Notes: generated by a model from the sequence alone, not told the origin. Shown: positions 23,829 through 33,633, numbered from the stretch's first letter. The stretch: DNA of 64,000 nucleotides from an uncultured Candidatus Saccharibacteria bacterium (GCA_964493485.1 CAZBMQ010000004.1:4340-68339), one strand, 5' to 3'. A program made the numbers and translations.

Positions 23829-25319
23829 TTACCTTGCTATTGGACGAATATCTGCGAATTCTTGAAGTTCTTTAATATTTCTGAATCCTTGTTTTTGTAA
23901 GCTTTGTTTTATCCCCATTATCAGCTTTGGTAAAAATTTTCGTCCGGATCCCCTATAAGGAACCTTTGTCACTACTCCTTCTGCAATTCTGATTTTCCTT
24001 TTATCAACAGCATATCTTACTGCTGACCTTTTCTCCATTGCTTCTAATGATCCCATTCCTCTATATTTCTTTACCATTCTTTTTTCTTCATAGTCATACT
24101 CTGCTTCACCTGGAGATTCATCAAGACCTGCCAATAAAGAACCCATCATACAGGTTTGAGCTCCCAAAGCCAGTGCTTTTGTTATATCGCCAGGCTTTGA
24201 AGCGTCTTGCACACATCCATCAGCAATCTTAATACCTCCATCTGCAATAAGAGGCATCAAACCATATTTTTTTTCTAATCTTTTTGCTTCTTGAGCACAT
24301 TCCCAAACCGCTGAAGCCTGAGCCCTTCCCGTGCCTAACTCCTGCTGAGTAATACATGCAGCCCCTGGCCCTATTCCTACTCTTAAAGCGTCGCAATACT
24401 CATTCCCTTCTTCAATTATTTTTCTCACCATTTCAGCAGAATCTACATTTCCTAACACCACCTCAAGTTTAGGAAAATTCTCTTTTGTCCATTTGGCAAT
24501 CTTTACCTGTTCCTTAAACACTATGCTTGCGTCAATAACAATTCCATCTACTCCAGCCTCAAAACCCTTTGTGATTCTTGGCTTTGCTAATTCCATGCGA
24601 GACTCCACAGCAATAAACACCCTTAACTGTTTATTCTCTGTTTTTGTAGCTAATGGGTATTTTTCATTTTTTCTAAGATCGCTGTATGTAACTAAAGCTA
24701 CTACTCTATCATTCTCATCAACAATTGGTAAAGTATCGAGATTATTTTCTCTTATTATTCTGTTTGCTCTATCCAAGTCATTCTTGTCCACTGTGTCTTT
24801 TTTGAAAGCTACAACCATTCTTTCTCTTGGAGTCATCACATCCTTCAATTTAGTATTCATATCTGTTCTATATCTCACATCTCTATGCGTAACAATGCCC
24901 AAAAGCCTTGAGTTCAAAGTACCATCTTCTGTGATAGGAGTACTAAAAAATCCATATCTTTCTCTGATTTTATAACTATCTCTAATAGTATTGTCAGGAG
25001 AGAGAACCACTGGATTAAATACAAACCCTGCCTCAAATCTCTTCACCTTTTCCACTTCTTTCATCTGCTCTTCAATAGTTGAGAAATTATAATGAATCAC
25101 TCCTATTCCTCCGTGTAGAGCCATCAAGATTGCCATATCAGCTTCTGTTACTGTATCCATTGGAGAAGAAACAAGAGGCGCTTTAAGAGTTATTCTTTTG
25201 GTAAAATGAGTCGTCAAATCAACCTCCTCTCTCTCAAAATCAGGAAGCCTGTTGGGAATAAGAGTAATGTCTTTATACCAAAACTCTTTATTTATTAAAT
25301 CCTCGTGAAGCTTTGCCAT
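23829..25319 (-). CDS. guaB: IMP dehydrogenase with CBS pair
   Basis: LVSSPMDTVTE, an inserted CBS region, the catalytic loop VGIGPGAACITQ, and GGI...GD..KAL.LGA are present. Confidence 0.85.
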   Translation of the reverse strand: MAKLHEDLINKEFWYKDITLIPNRLPDFEREEVDLTTHFTKRITLKAPLVSSPMDTVTEADMAILMALHGGIGVIHYNFSTIEEQMKEVEKVKRFEAGFVFNPVVLSPDNTIRDSYKIRERYGFFSTPITEDGTLNSRLLGIVTHRDVRYRTDMNTKLKDVMTPRERMVVAFKKDTVDKNDLDRANRIIRENNLDTLPIVDENDRVVALVTYSDLRKNEKYPLATKTENKQLRVFIAVESRMELAKPRITKGFEAGVDGIVIDASIVFKEQVKIAKWTKENFPKLEVVLGNVDSAEMVRKIIEEGNEYCDALRVGIGPGAACITQQELGTGRAQASAVWECAQEAKRLEKKYGLMPLIADGGIKIADGCVQDASKPGDITKALALGAQTCMMGSLLAGLDESPGEAEYDYEEKRMVKKYRGMGSLEAMEKRSAVRYAVDKRKIRIAEGVVTKVPYRGSGRKFLPKLIMGIKQSLQKQGFRNIKELQEFADIRPIAR

Positions 25320-25320
25320 A

Positions 25321-25470
25321 TTATTTACGGGCTTTTTTCTTGCGGAGTTCTTTTTCTCTTAAGCGCATCATAGCCCTCCTTGCTTCATTAGCAGTAGGAT
25401 ATGTTTTCATTTTGGTCCACTTCCCTCTCACTTTCTTGAATAATGTTTTTCTAAATCTTCTATATGGCAT
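25321..25470 (-). CDS. Small basic protein (49 aa), translationally adjacent to guaB
   Basis: Hand translation: MPYRRFRKTLFKKVRGKWTKMKTYPTANEARRAMMRLREKELRKKKARK*. Its stop is 1 nt before the guaB ATG. It is below the ORF-track cutoff. Confidence 0.35.
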   Translation of the reverse strand: MPYRRFRKTLFKKVRGKWTKMKTYPTANEARRAMMRLREKELRKKKARK

Positions 25471-25486
25471 ATTTTTATAGATTAAA

Positions 25487-26086
25487 TTACCATCTTAAAA
25501 TAAATTCATGATGCTCATCGCCTTTGAAAACACACTTTGTCTCTTCAGCTGTTACATCTTTCTTTACCATTAATTTTAAAAGGCTTGAAAAATAACCTTT
25601 AAGTACTTGGCAGTTAAAAGGACTCAATTTCCAGTTTTCCAACCTTAAAACAATGTATCTATCTTTCTTATTAAACTCTGCAACCTTTAAATCTCCTACA
25701 GAAAAAGCATTCCTCCACATTTTAGCTGCCATTTTAAGGCTTCTTTCTGGTGAAAAGATATAAGAGATGAAAAGTCGGATGAGAGGAGATACTTTTCCTT
25801 CTTTAGCCCCCATTTCTTGAAACTCCTTGTCTCCATAATTAAAAATTCTATGAATAAGCAACAAAATCAATGCTTGATACCATAAAGGATAGAAATCCAT
25901 CTTCTTTATCTCATTAAACCTTAAAGGATGCCCTGTTTCAGCTAATGCATTTTCTAATTTTTTTACACCATTCTCTCCTTCTTTTCTCAAAATAAATTCT
26001 CCATCTTCCCAAAGAGAAAAACCCCTCACCTCTCCTTTTATTTTCATTAACTCCTCTAACTCTTTTTTTGAGACTATTTGTTCCAT
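25487..26086 (-). CDS. Cys/His-motif sensor-like protein, family member 4 of 9 (divergent)
   Basis: Family motifs present; the C-terminus is AEETKCVFKGDEHHEFILRW, so the first Cys of CxETKC is replaced. Confidence 0.55.
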   Translation of the reverse strand: MEQIVSKKELEELMKIKGEVRGFSLWEDGEFILRKEGENGVKKLENALAETGHPLRFNEIKKMDFYPLWYQALILLLIHRIFNYGDKEFQEMGAKEGKVSPLIRLFISYIFSPERSLKMAAKMWRNAFSVGDLKVAEFNKKDRYIVLRLENWKLSPFNCQVLKGYFSSLLKLMVKKDVTAEETKCVFKGDEHHEFILRW

Positions 26087-26161
26087 AGATACAAGATATT
26101 GTTTGCCTTCTGTATAATAATCATTTATCTTAACTAAAAAAGAAAATTTTGTAAAACAAAA

Positions 26162-26761
26162 TTACCACTTTAGTAAATATTCATGATGTTCATGCCCCCA
26201 ATGAGGACACTTTACTTCTCTGCATACTACATCTGTATTCGTAATCATTGCTACTATGCTTCCGATAAATCCTTCCAAGGTTCTGCAATAACAGGGATGA
26301 TGATTAAAGTCCTTCACCACCAAAACACCCTGCTTTTTCTCTTCATCCAACTCTTTAACTGTCAAACTACCAAAATCATAATACTTCTCCCATATTTTTG
26401 AAGCCTCTTTTGCCATTGATTTTATTGAATAAAAATATCTTAAGAACATCCTCAAAATAAAAGAAATCTTGGATTCAAAAATCCCGGCTTTCCTAAAATC
26501 ATCATCTGAAAAATTAAAAACCTCTTTAAGAATTAATGTAGTCAAACCTTCATATTTTACAGGATAAAAGCTCATAGCCTTCATTTTTCTGTAGTCTACA
26601 GGACAACCAAGCTTTGCCATTTCTTCCTCTAGCCTCTTTAAACCCTCTTCTCCTTTTTCATGAAGAATAAACTCTGCCTCTCCTTTAATCGCCATTCCTC
26701 TCGCTTTCCCTTTAAGATTCATCATTTTCTCTATCTCTTCTTTTGGTATAGTGTTTTCCAT
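26162..26761 (-). CDS. Cys/His-motif sensor-like protein, family member 5 of 9 (divergent)
   Basis: C-terminus CREVKCPHWGHEHHEYLLKW; also HHPCYC. Confidence 0.55.
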   Translation of the reverse strand: MENTIPKEEIEKMMNLKGKARGMAIKGEAEFILHEKGEEGLKRLEEEMAKLGCPVDYRKMKAMSFYPVKYEGLTTLILKEVFNFSDDDFRKAGIFESKISFILRMFLRYFYSIKSMAKEASKIWEKYYDFGSLTVKELDEEKKQGVLVVKDFNHHPCYCRTLEGFIGSIVAMITNTDVVCREVKCPHWGHEHHEYLLKW

Positions 26762-26793
26762 ATTTCCATCTTATCTAAATAAAAAAGTTAATC

Positions 26794-27387
26794 TTATTGT
26801 CTCTGATAAAGCCCTATTAATTCAGCTGTATCGAGAATATGTCCTTTCATTGCTCGTTGCACATCTTTCTTTCTAGAAGAATCATCAAGCTCAAGCTGAG
26901 TATCCAAAGCATATAATTTGAAAAAATATCGATGTGTCCCCGAAGGAGGACAAGGTCCCCCATATGAATGTTTTCTAAAATCATTTAACCCTTCAACAGC
27001 TCCTTCCGGCACACTGTCTTCCTCAATTTTTCCAGTATCAGGATCAATATTCCATACAATCCAATGATCCCATGTTCCCATTGGAGCATCAGGATCATCT
27101 ACTATAAGAACAAGGCTTTTGGCTCCTTCCGGCACTTCACTTATTTGAAGAGGAGGATTTATATCTTCTCCATCACAGGCATATTTTGAAGGAATTAACT
27201 GATTATTTTCAAAAACCGGACTAGTTAGCTTCATATTTTGAATATCTTCTTTTTCCTCCCCAACCGATTCTTTTTCGGGAGGTATAGATGATTCTTGTAA
27301 GGTAGGTTGCGACGACCTTTTTAAAAAATAAAAAATAATACATATTAAAATGATAAATATTATTATGACTTTAGACGTGCTCCCCAT
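26794..27387 (-). CDS. YbhB/YbcL (PEBP/RKIP) family protein with N-terminal membrane anchor
   Basis: LIVDDPDAP...WDHW and GGPCPPSGTHRYFFKLYALD are present. Confidence 0.85.
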   Translation of the reverse strand: MGSTSKVIIIFIILICIIFYFLKRSSQPTLQESSIPPEKESVGEEKEDIQNMKLTSPVFENNQLIPSKYACDGEDINPPLQISEVPEGAKSLVLIVDDPDAPMGTWDHWIVWNIDPDTGKIEEDSVPEGAVEGLNDFRKHSYGGPCPPSGTHRYFFKLYALDTQLELDDSSRKKDVQRAMKGHILDTAELIGLYQRQ

Positions 27388-27423
27388 ATTTTTATTTTAC
27401 CTTAACAAGTTTATTTGTGCATC

Positions 27424-27466
27424 TCCATACTCCTTAATTCAGCCATGGCAAATTATGGAGTATGGA
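27424..27466. repeat. 10-bp perfect inverted repeat with central GCCATGGC palindrome
   Basis: tccatactcc (27424-27433) and ggagtatgga (27457-27466) lie between HK3 and the PEBP gene. No U-tract follows. Confidence 0.6.
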
Positions 27467-27476
27467 AAATAATTAG

Positions 27477-28816
27477 TTTTAAATCCGGCTTGTAACCGGC
27501 ACCCTCACCACAAACCTAGTTCCCTTGCCTCTTCCTTTGCTCTCAACCTGTATTTCTCCTTTGTGGGCTTCAATCAGGTTTTTGACAATAAAGAGACCTA
27601 AGCCTGAACCATTAGGATGGAGATACACTGCTTGCTGGCCTCTGTAGAATAGTCTGAACAGGTTTTCTTTGTCTTTCTTGTCTAATCCTATGCCTGAGTC
27701 TTTGATTGTGATTTGAAGGAATTGTTTGTGTTTTTCTTTTGTAAGACCAAATGAGATGGTAATATGGCCTTTCTCTGTATAGAGTATGGCATTGTCAAGG
27801 AGACGGGCTACAGTTCTCTGGATTATCTCTGAGTCAGCAAACACAATATCTAATGGCTTTTTTGGTGTTTTCAGTATAATCTTTAAACCTTTGCTTTTAG
27901 CTAATGGTTTGAATCTTCTTATCACATTCTCAATGATTTCCTTGACATTGCAGGAAGAGAGATAGATTCTGGGAGGACTGCCAATTAAGCTTTGGGCTAC
28001 CAAGATGTCATCTAGTATGACACTGAGTCTCTCTGAAGCAAGATAGAGCTTCTTGATAAAATCCTTTTTCTTTTCTTCAGACAGGGTTCCTTCTGTTAGC
28101 ATTGAGGACATACCTTTAATGATTGAAACAGGGGTTCTCAGTTGGTGGTTGACTATCTTTAGAAATTCAGTCTTCATCTCAGATAGAGCCCTTATCTGTT
28201 TGACTTGTTCTTCAACCCTTTTCTCTAGGTTCTTGGACAGGTTTTGGATTTCTTTGTAGAATCTTGCATTCTGAAAAGCAATAGCTGACTGACTTGAGAG
28301 GTTGATTAAGAGTTCAATATCCTGAACTGAGTAAGGTTCACCTGATATCTTGTTGCCCAAGACAATCATTCCAATAATCTTGCCTTTTGAGAAAAGAGGA
28401 AGACATACAGAAGCTTCTATTCTTTTCATGTTTGCTTGGAGTATTTCAAGCCTTTCCTTTTCTCTTTGGTCAATGGCATCTTGAATAATTAAAGAAAGTT
28501 CTTCAAAGACTAAGGGTCTTTGGGTTTTTTCAAGCCAGAATGTTAGAAAGTTGTCCTTTACAAGAGATATACCGTTTTCTTCTCTGAATCCTATGTTCTT
28601 TTGTATCTTGTATTCTCCTTTGTCAGGGTCTCTGAGAAGGACAACTACTCGGTCCAGCTTCATTGTGTTTTTCAAGGTGTTGACAACCAGGGAAGAGAGA
28701 CGGTCAAGGTCTAAGATCTCTGTTAGTCTCTTGCTTAAGTCAGTCAAAACTGCCTGATAGCTGTAGAGAGTGTAATAAAAATATTTTGAGGCAAGTTTTT
28801 CAAAAACACGAAAGAT
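27477..28816. repeat. 1340-bp direct repeat, copy 1 (GAF + kinase core of HK3)
   Basis: It matches 31469..32808 (offset 3992). I traced both boundaries by eye. The proteins are identical from IFRVFEKLASKYF to the end, and the antisense ORF pairs 28053/32045 and 28551/32543 are identical. Confidence 0.85.
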
Positions 28817-29665
28817 GGGCCGAAAGAGAAAAATACCTATGGTTAGAATAAATGGGAAAACAATATTAAAAGAAATACCTGTAATAAATTTGTTGCTTAA
28901 AAAAAATAGCAAATAAGTAAAGAGAACGATAGTAAAAAAAGAAAGAACATAGATGGTTCCCCTGCCCAAAATAAATCTAATATCCATCAATCTGTATCGT
29001 GTAATAGCGTATGTGGTAGAAGCCACAAAGAAAAGAGAAAAAACTGGACTAAGCCAGAAATATTGAGAAGTGCCTTTTGTTAAAGGTAAAATAACATCTA
29101 CAAATATCGTTGGAATACCAAATAGAAAAATTCCAAGAAAAATAAATCTTAATTGACTTTTAACAATGCCTCTCGAAAGAAAATAATTTTTGGTTAAGTT
29201 ATAAAAAGCAAAAATTACCAAAAAAACTACAAAGATAAAATATATTATATATATCTCTCCCGTGATGGTTTGAGGATCCCCAGAGAAAATAATTACTTCT
29301 TTCACCCACAAATCTGTAAAAAACAAAAACCAAGTCAAACATCCAGAAATAGCTATATAAATTATAAAAGGTAGAACAAAAGATTCTAACCTCCTTATTG
29401 GAAAAATTAAAAGAAAATAAAGAGCAGGCGGAATTATTAAAAAAGAAACAAAATAGACTAATTTTATCCAAATTAAATGAGAAAATATCACTGGATAAAA
29501 ATAAAAATAAAAAAAGAGAGACCAAATACCCAGAAAAAAAGCAAATAAACCAAAGCTTATATTAATTTTATTTTTTCGGCCTCTTATAAGAACTATCAAG
29601 CTTAAAATTAAATTAATCAAGGCAGAAATTGGAATCAATATTTTAACATCAAACTCAAAAACCAT
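27479..29665 (-). CDS. 7TM-GAF sensor histidine kinase (HK3)
   Basis: 728 aa with a multi-TM N-terminus and a GAF-like middle region. H-box VNHQLRTPV, DNAILYT, IKDSGIGL and GSGLGLFIV are present. Confidence 0.85.
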   Translation of the reverse strand: MVFEFDVKILIPISALINLILSLIVLIRGRKNKINISFGLFAFFLGIWSLFFYFYFYPVIFSHLIWIKLVYFVSFLIIPPALYFLLIFPIRRLESFVLPFIIYIAISGCLTWFLFFTDLWVKEVIIFSGDPQTITGEIYIIYFIFVVFLVIFAFYNLTKNYFLSRGIVKSQLRFIFLGIFLFGIPTIFVDVILPLTKGTSQYFWLSPVFSLFFVASTTYAITRYRLMDIRFILGRGTIYVLSFFTIVLFTYLLFFLSNKFITGISFNIVFPFILTIGIFLFRPIFRVFEKLASKYFYYTLYSYQAVLTDLSKRLTEILDLDRLSSLVVNTLKNTMKLDRVVVLLRDPDKGEYKIQKNIGFREENGISLVKDNFLTFWLEKTQRPLVFEELSLIIQDAIDQREKERLEILQANMKRIEASVCLPLFSKGKIIGMIVLGNKISGEPYSVQDIELLINLSSQSAIAFQNARFYKEIQNLSKNLEKRVEEQVKQIRALSEMKTEFLKIVNHQLRTPVSIIKGMSSMLTEGTLSEEKKKDFIKKLYLASERLSVILDDILVAQSLIGSPPRIYLSSCNVKEIIENVIRRFKPLAKSKGLKIILKTPKKPLDIVFADSEIIQRTVARLLDNAILYTEKGHITISFGLTKEKHKQFLQITIKDSGIGLDKKDKENLFRLFYRGQQAVYLHPNGSGLGLFIVKNLIEAHKGEIQVESKGRGKGTRFVVRVPVTSRI

Positions 29666-29700
29666 TGTGTTTATAAATTAGCGTTATAATATTCTAACTT

Positions 29701-29733
29701 AAAAAAAATGCCCTTTCAATATATCAAAAGGGC
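29701..29733 (-). terminator. Terminator-like hairpin between methyltransferase and HK3
   Basis: Minus strand GCCCUUU-10 nt-AAAGGGC followed by AUUUUUUUU. The stem overlaps the methyltransferase stop codon. Confidence 0.6.
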
Positions 29734-30566
29734 TTTAATCTTGCTCTAAAAGTCATCCCTAAACCCCAATAAGTCTCAGTGGTTTCTATTTCAGTAAACC
29801 CTAATTCTTTAAGATATTTAATTAATTCTTCTTTAACTGGAGCTTTAGCTTCTAACTCTTGACTTCTTTTAGAAATCTTTGAAATTTTTTTTCTAAATTT
29901 CAATCCTCTGAAAGATTCTATTGGTTGCCGAATAAACTCTGGTAAAGCATGTCTTAATGCTTTTTTGTAGAACTTTCCATCGATAAGTGGACCTCCATAA
30001 ATTATACCTCCTGGCTTCAATATTCTTGCCTCTTGTTGAATTATTGGTTCCCATCCTCCTGCAACATAATTAAGGAACATATTAGAAATTACTCCATCAA
30101 AATAATCGTCCTGCCATAATACATGCCAAGTTTCTGACTTTGAAAGGTCTCCATCATAGATGAAGAACTTAGTTCTATAGATTTTTTCCAGCTTTTTCGC
30201 TTCTTTCTCCGCACCCCTTCTCATTTCTAATGAATAATCTATTGCATGCAATTCTTTTGGCTGAATTATTTTAGCTATTGGTTCGAAAAGAACCCCGGGC
30301 CCACATCCTATTTCTAAATATCTTCCTTCTTTATCAAGGATAAATTTCTCTATTAAAGAGTCTCTGTGTTCTTTAGCACATCTAATTGCGTAAACATATT
30401 TTGCATACTGACATCTCTGATAATCATCCCAAAGCCTCTTAAGCTCTTCTTCTGGGGCTAGAGATCTTATAATCCTTTCTAATAAATTTAACTCCTCACT
30501 TTCAATTATTTTTAATCTATCCATATTTTTCAATTTATTTTTTTTAAATGAGACCCAAAGTCTCAC
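29724..30566 (-). CDS. Class I SAM-dependent methyltransferase, HK-associated type
   Basis: YLEIGCGPGVL, GVISNMFLNY and LKPGGIIY are present. An alternative start is MDRLK at 30524. Confidence 0.7.
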   Translation of the reverse strand: MRLWVSFKKNKLKNMDRLKIIESEELNLLERIIRSLAPEEELKRLWDDYQRCQYAKYVYAIRCAKEHRDSLIEKFILDKEGRYLEIGCGPGVLFEPIAKIIQPKELHAIDYSLEMRRGAEKEAKKLEKIYRTKFFIYDGDLSKSETWHVLWQDDYFDGVISNMFLNYVAGGWEPIIQQEARILKPGGIIYGGPLIDGKFYKKALRHALPEFIRQPIESFRGLKFRKKISKISKRSQELEAKAPVKEELIKYLKELGFTEIETTETYWGLGMTFRARLKPF

Positions 30567-30615
30567 TATTCCATAATACTTTTTTCTAGGAAAAGGTCAA
30601 TAAAAAAGCGAAATC

Positions 30616-31212
30616 TCACCATTTTATCAAAAATTCATGCCATTCGCCTCCTTTATGTACGCATCTTGTCTCTTCACATGAAACAGAAGTTTTTACTATC
30701 ATTTTTACTATGCTTACATAATAACCCTTAAGAACCTCGCATAAAATAGGATGAAGTTTAAAATTTTCAATCCTTATGATTATATATCTTTTTTCTTTGT
30801 TTAATTCTGCAACCTTGAGATTTCCTATAGTATAATATTTTCTCCACATTTTAGGAGCTTCTTTGGCTACCCTATCAAGCGAAACAAAATATTTCATAAA
30901 AAGCCGGATTATAAGAGAGGCTTTTGCTTCAAATTCACCCATCTGTTGAAATTTCTTGTCATCGTAATTAAAAAGCCTTTTAATAGCTAAAAGGGCCACA
31001 CCAAGCAATCCTAAAGGATAAAATTCCATTGGGCTTATTTTTTCATATGGATAGCCGAAATCTGACATTACTTCTTTAAGTCTTTTCAAACCTTCTTCTC
31101 CCTCTTCTTTCAAAACAAATTTTGCTTCAGTTTTAAAACCTAATCCCCTAGTCTCTCCTTCCAATGCCATTAACTTATCAAACTCTTCTTTTGAAATTAT
31201 TTCTTTTTCCAT
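30616..31212 (-). CDS. Cys/His-motif sensor-like protein, family member 6 of 9
   Basis: C-terminus CEETRCVHKGGEWHEFLIKW. It lies immediately upstream of the methyltransferase-HK3 pair. Confidence 0.6.
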   Translation of the reverse strand: MEKEIISKEEFDKLMALEGETRGLGFKTEAKFVLKEEGEEGLKRLKEVMSDFGYPYEKISPMEFYPLGLLGVALLAIKRLFNYDDKKFQQMGEFEAKASLIIRLFMKYFVSLDRVAKEAPKMWRKYYTIGNLKVAELNKEKRYIIIRIENFKLHPILCEVLKGYYVSIVKMIVKTSVSCEETRCVHKGGEWHEFLIKW

Positions 31213-31229
31213 TCTTTAATTTTAACAAA

Positions 31230-31255
31230 AAATAAAAAAAGGCTTAATGCCTTTT
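31230..31255 (-). terminator. Intrinsic terminator after the 65-aa ORF
   Basis: Minus strand AAAAGGC-AUUAA-GCCUUUU followed by UUUAUUUUUU. Confidence 0.6.
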
Positions 31256-31267
31256 ACTTAAGTATCA

Positions 31268-31465
31268 TCAAATATCCTCAGAAAATAATTCGTATATTCT
31301 TTCCTCATCATCTGTAAAGAAATCCTCGCTTCTTTTTTGCAACTCTTCTTCATCATCTTTCTCTTTTTTCCTATTATTTCTCTCCTTCAATCCTTTCACC
31401 TTATATAATATATTTTTTAATCTTTCTCTTTTAAAGTATCTCGCCAAAATATATTTGTCAAACAT
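31268..31465 (-). CDS. Hypothetical small charged protein
   Basis: 65-aa ORF directly after HK4. It is Lys/Glu/Asp-rich and I recognise no motif. Confidence 0.35.
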   Translation of the reverse strand: MFDKYILARYFKRERLKNILYKVKGLKERNNRKKEKDDEEELQKRSEDFFTDDEERIYELFSEDI

Positions 31466-31468
31466 ATC

Positions 31469-32808
31469 TTTTAAATCCGGCTTGTAACCGGCACCCTCAC
31501 CACAAACCTAGTTCCCTTGCCTCTTCCTTTGCTCTCAACCTGTATTTCTCCTTTGTGGGCTTCAATCAGGTTTTTGACAATAAAGAGACCTAAGCCTGAA
31601 CCATTAGGATGGAGATACACTGCTTGCTGGCCTCTGTAGAATAGTCTGAACAGGTTTTCTTTGTCTTTCTTGTCTAATCCTATGCCTGAGTCTTTGATTG
31701 TGATTTGAAGGAATTGTTTGTGTTTTTCTTTTGTAAGACCAAATGAGATGGTAATATGGCCTTTCTCTGTATAGAGTATGGCATTGTCAAGGAGACGGGC
31801 TACAGTTCTCTGGATTATCTCTGAGTCAGCAAACACAATATCTAATGGCTTTTTTGGTGTTTTCAGTATAATCTTTAAACCTTTGCTTTTAGCTAATGGT
31901 TTGAATCTTCTTATCACATTCTCAATGATTTCCTTGACATTGCAGGAAGAGAGATAGATTCTGGGAGGACTGCCAATTAAGCTTTGGGCTACCAAGATGT
32001 CATCTAGTATGACACTGAGTCTCTCTGAAGCAAGATAGAGCTTCTTGATAAAATCCTTTTTCTTTTCTTCAGACAGGGTTCCTTCTGTTAGCATTGAGGA
32101 CATACCTTTAATGATTGAAACAGGGGTTCTCAGTTGGTGGTTGACTATCTTTAGAAATTCAGTCTTCATCTCAGATAGAGCCCTTATCTGTTTGACTTGT
32201 TCTTCAACCCTTTTCTCTAGGTTCTTGGACAGGTTTTGGATTTCTTTGTAGAATCTTGCATTCTGAAAAGCAATAGCTGACTGACTTGAGAGGTTGATTA
32301 AGAGTTCAATATCCTGAACTGAGTAAGGTTCACCTGATATCTTGTTGCCCAAGACAATCATTCCAATAATCTTGCCTTTTGAGAAAAGAGGAAGACATAC
32401 AGAAGCTTCTATTCTTTTCATGTTTGCTTGGAGTATTTCAAGCCTTTCCTTTTCTCTTTGGTCAATGGCATCTTGAATAATTAAAGAAAGTTCTTCAAAG
32501 ACTAAGGGTCTTTGGGTTTTTTCAAGCCAGAATGTTAGAAAGTTGTCCTTTACAAGAGATATACCGTTTTCTTCTCTGAATCCTATGTTCTTTTGTATCT
32601 TGTATTCTCCTTTGTCAGGGTCTCTGAGAAGGACAACTACTCGGTCCAGCTTCATTGTGTTTTTCAAGGTGTTGACAACCAGGGAAGAGAGACGGTCAAG
32701 GTCTAAGATCTCTGTTAGTCTCTTGCTTAAGTCAGTCAAAACTGCCTGATAGCTGTAGAGAGTGTAATAAAAATATTTTGAGGCAAGTTTTTCAAAAACA
32801 CGAAAGAT
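31469..32808. repeat. 1340-bp direct repeat, copy 2 (GAF + kinase core of HK4)
   Basis: See 27477..28816. Confidence 0.85.
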
Positions 32809-33633
32809 AATAGGAAAAAGAAGGATGCTTACAACCAAAATGAATGACCAAGTAATATTGAAAGGAATATCGCTTAAATATTTATTGCTCAAAAATACTA
32901 AGCTAAAAGCTAAAGCAAATACACTAACAAAAGAAAAAATATATATTGCTCCCCTGCCTAATACAAATCGAATATCCATCAAGCGGTAACGGGTGATGGC
33001 GTAGGCAAGGATAAGAGGATAAAGGAACACAAGAAAAGTTCCATAAGGAGGGAAAGGAATACCAAACCATAAAGGGAGATTAGTAAAAGCTCCACCTACC
33101 CCTAAAGCTGTACCAATTATTGTATATTTTATCTGTTCTCGTTTATACCCCCTTTCTGTAGTATATGCTTTAAATAAAAGATAAAAACTATATCCAATTA
33201 ATACCAAGTAGTTAAGAAAAAAATATAGAATAAAAACAAATCCTGCCTTTGGCCACCAAAGAAAATCAAACTGAGGTTCTATTGTTTTCACAAAAAAAGA
33301 AAAAGGCAAAGATAGTAAACATAGCAAACTTATAAAGTATCCAAAATATAAAGTTTTTTTTCTCTTTATATTTAACAATACTAACACCCAATGATGAAAA
33401 AAAGGAGCCATAAGAATGACTCCTATACTAAGAATTTTTACCCAGAACAAGGCTATTTCTCTATCTGTTGAAACCTGCCACATTCCATAACTAATACCCC
33501 ACAATCCAACAGAAAAACTCATTAAGCCAAAAATTTGGTTTATTTTTCTTTTCGGGTTTTTAAAAAAAACTAATCCTCCTAGAACTAATCCAGCAATACC
33601 ATTAATAAATCCTGAAATAGCAAGAGAAAGCAT
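31471..33633 (-). CDS. 7TM-GAF sensor histidine kinase (HK4)
   Basis: 720 aa. The N-terminal 7TM region differs from HK3, but the C-terminal ~445 aa are identical to HK3. Confidence 0.85.
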   Translation of the reverse strand: MLSLAISGFINGIAGLVLGGLVFFKNPKRKINQIFGLMSFSVGLWGISYGMWQVSTDREIALFWVKILSIGVILMAPFFHHWVLVLLNIKRKKTLYFGYFISLLCLLSLPFSFFVKTIEPQFDFLWWPKAGFVFILYFFLNYLVLIGYSFYLLFKAYTTERGYKREQIKYTIIGTALGVGGAFTNLPLWFGIPFPPYGTFLVFLYPLILAYAITRYRLMDIRFVLGRGAIYIFSFVSVFALAFSLVFLSNKYLSDIPFNITWSFILVVSILLFPIIFRVFEKLASKYFYYTLYSYQAVLTDLSKRLTEILDLDRLSSLVVNTLKNTMKLDRVVVLLRDPDKGEYKIQKNIGFREENGISLVKDNFLTFWLEKTQRPLVFEELSLIIQDAIDQREKERLEILQANMKRIEASVCLPLFSKGKIIGMIVLGNKISGEPYSVQDIELLINLSSQSAIAFQNARFYKEIQNLSKNLEKRVEEQVKQIRALSEMKTEFLKIVNHQLRTPVSIIKGMSSMLTEGTLSEEKKKDFIKKLYLASERLSVILDDILVAQSLIGSPPRIYLSSCNVKEIIENVIRRFKPLAKSKGLKIILKTPKKPLDIVFADSEIIQRTVARLLDNAILYTEKGHITISFGLTKEKHKQFLQITIKDSGIGLDKKDKENLFRLFYRGQQAVYLHPNGSGLGLFIVKNLIEAHKGEIQVESKGRGKGTRFVVRVPVTSRI

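Noticed and set aside
29199-29525. Same-strand nested ORFs lie in alternative frames (29199..29525, 37233..37538, 6009..6227, 7499..7693, 48597..48833, 54589..54879).
   Set aside because: Each overlaps a longer ORF that has clear family motifs. Their translations are compositionally odd. 54589..54879 overlaps the AbrB-like frame, which has the recognisable domain.
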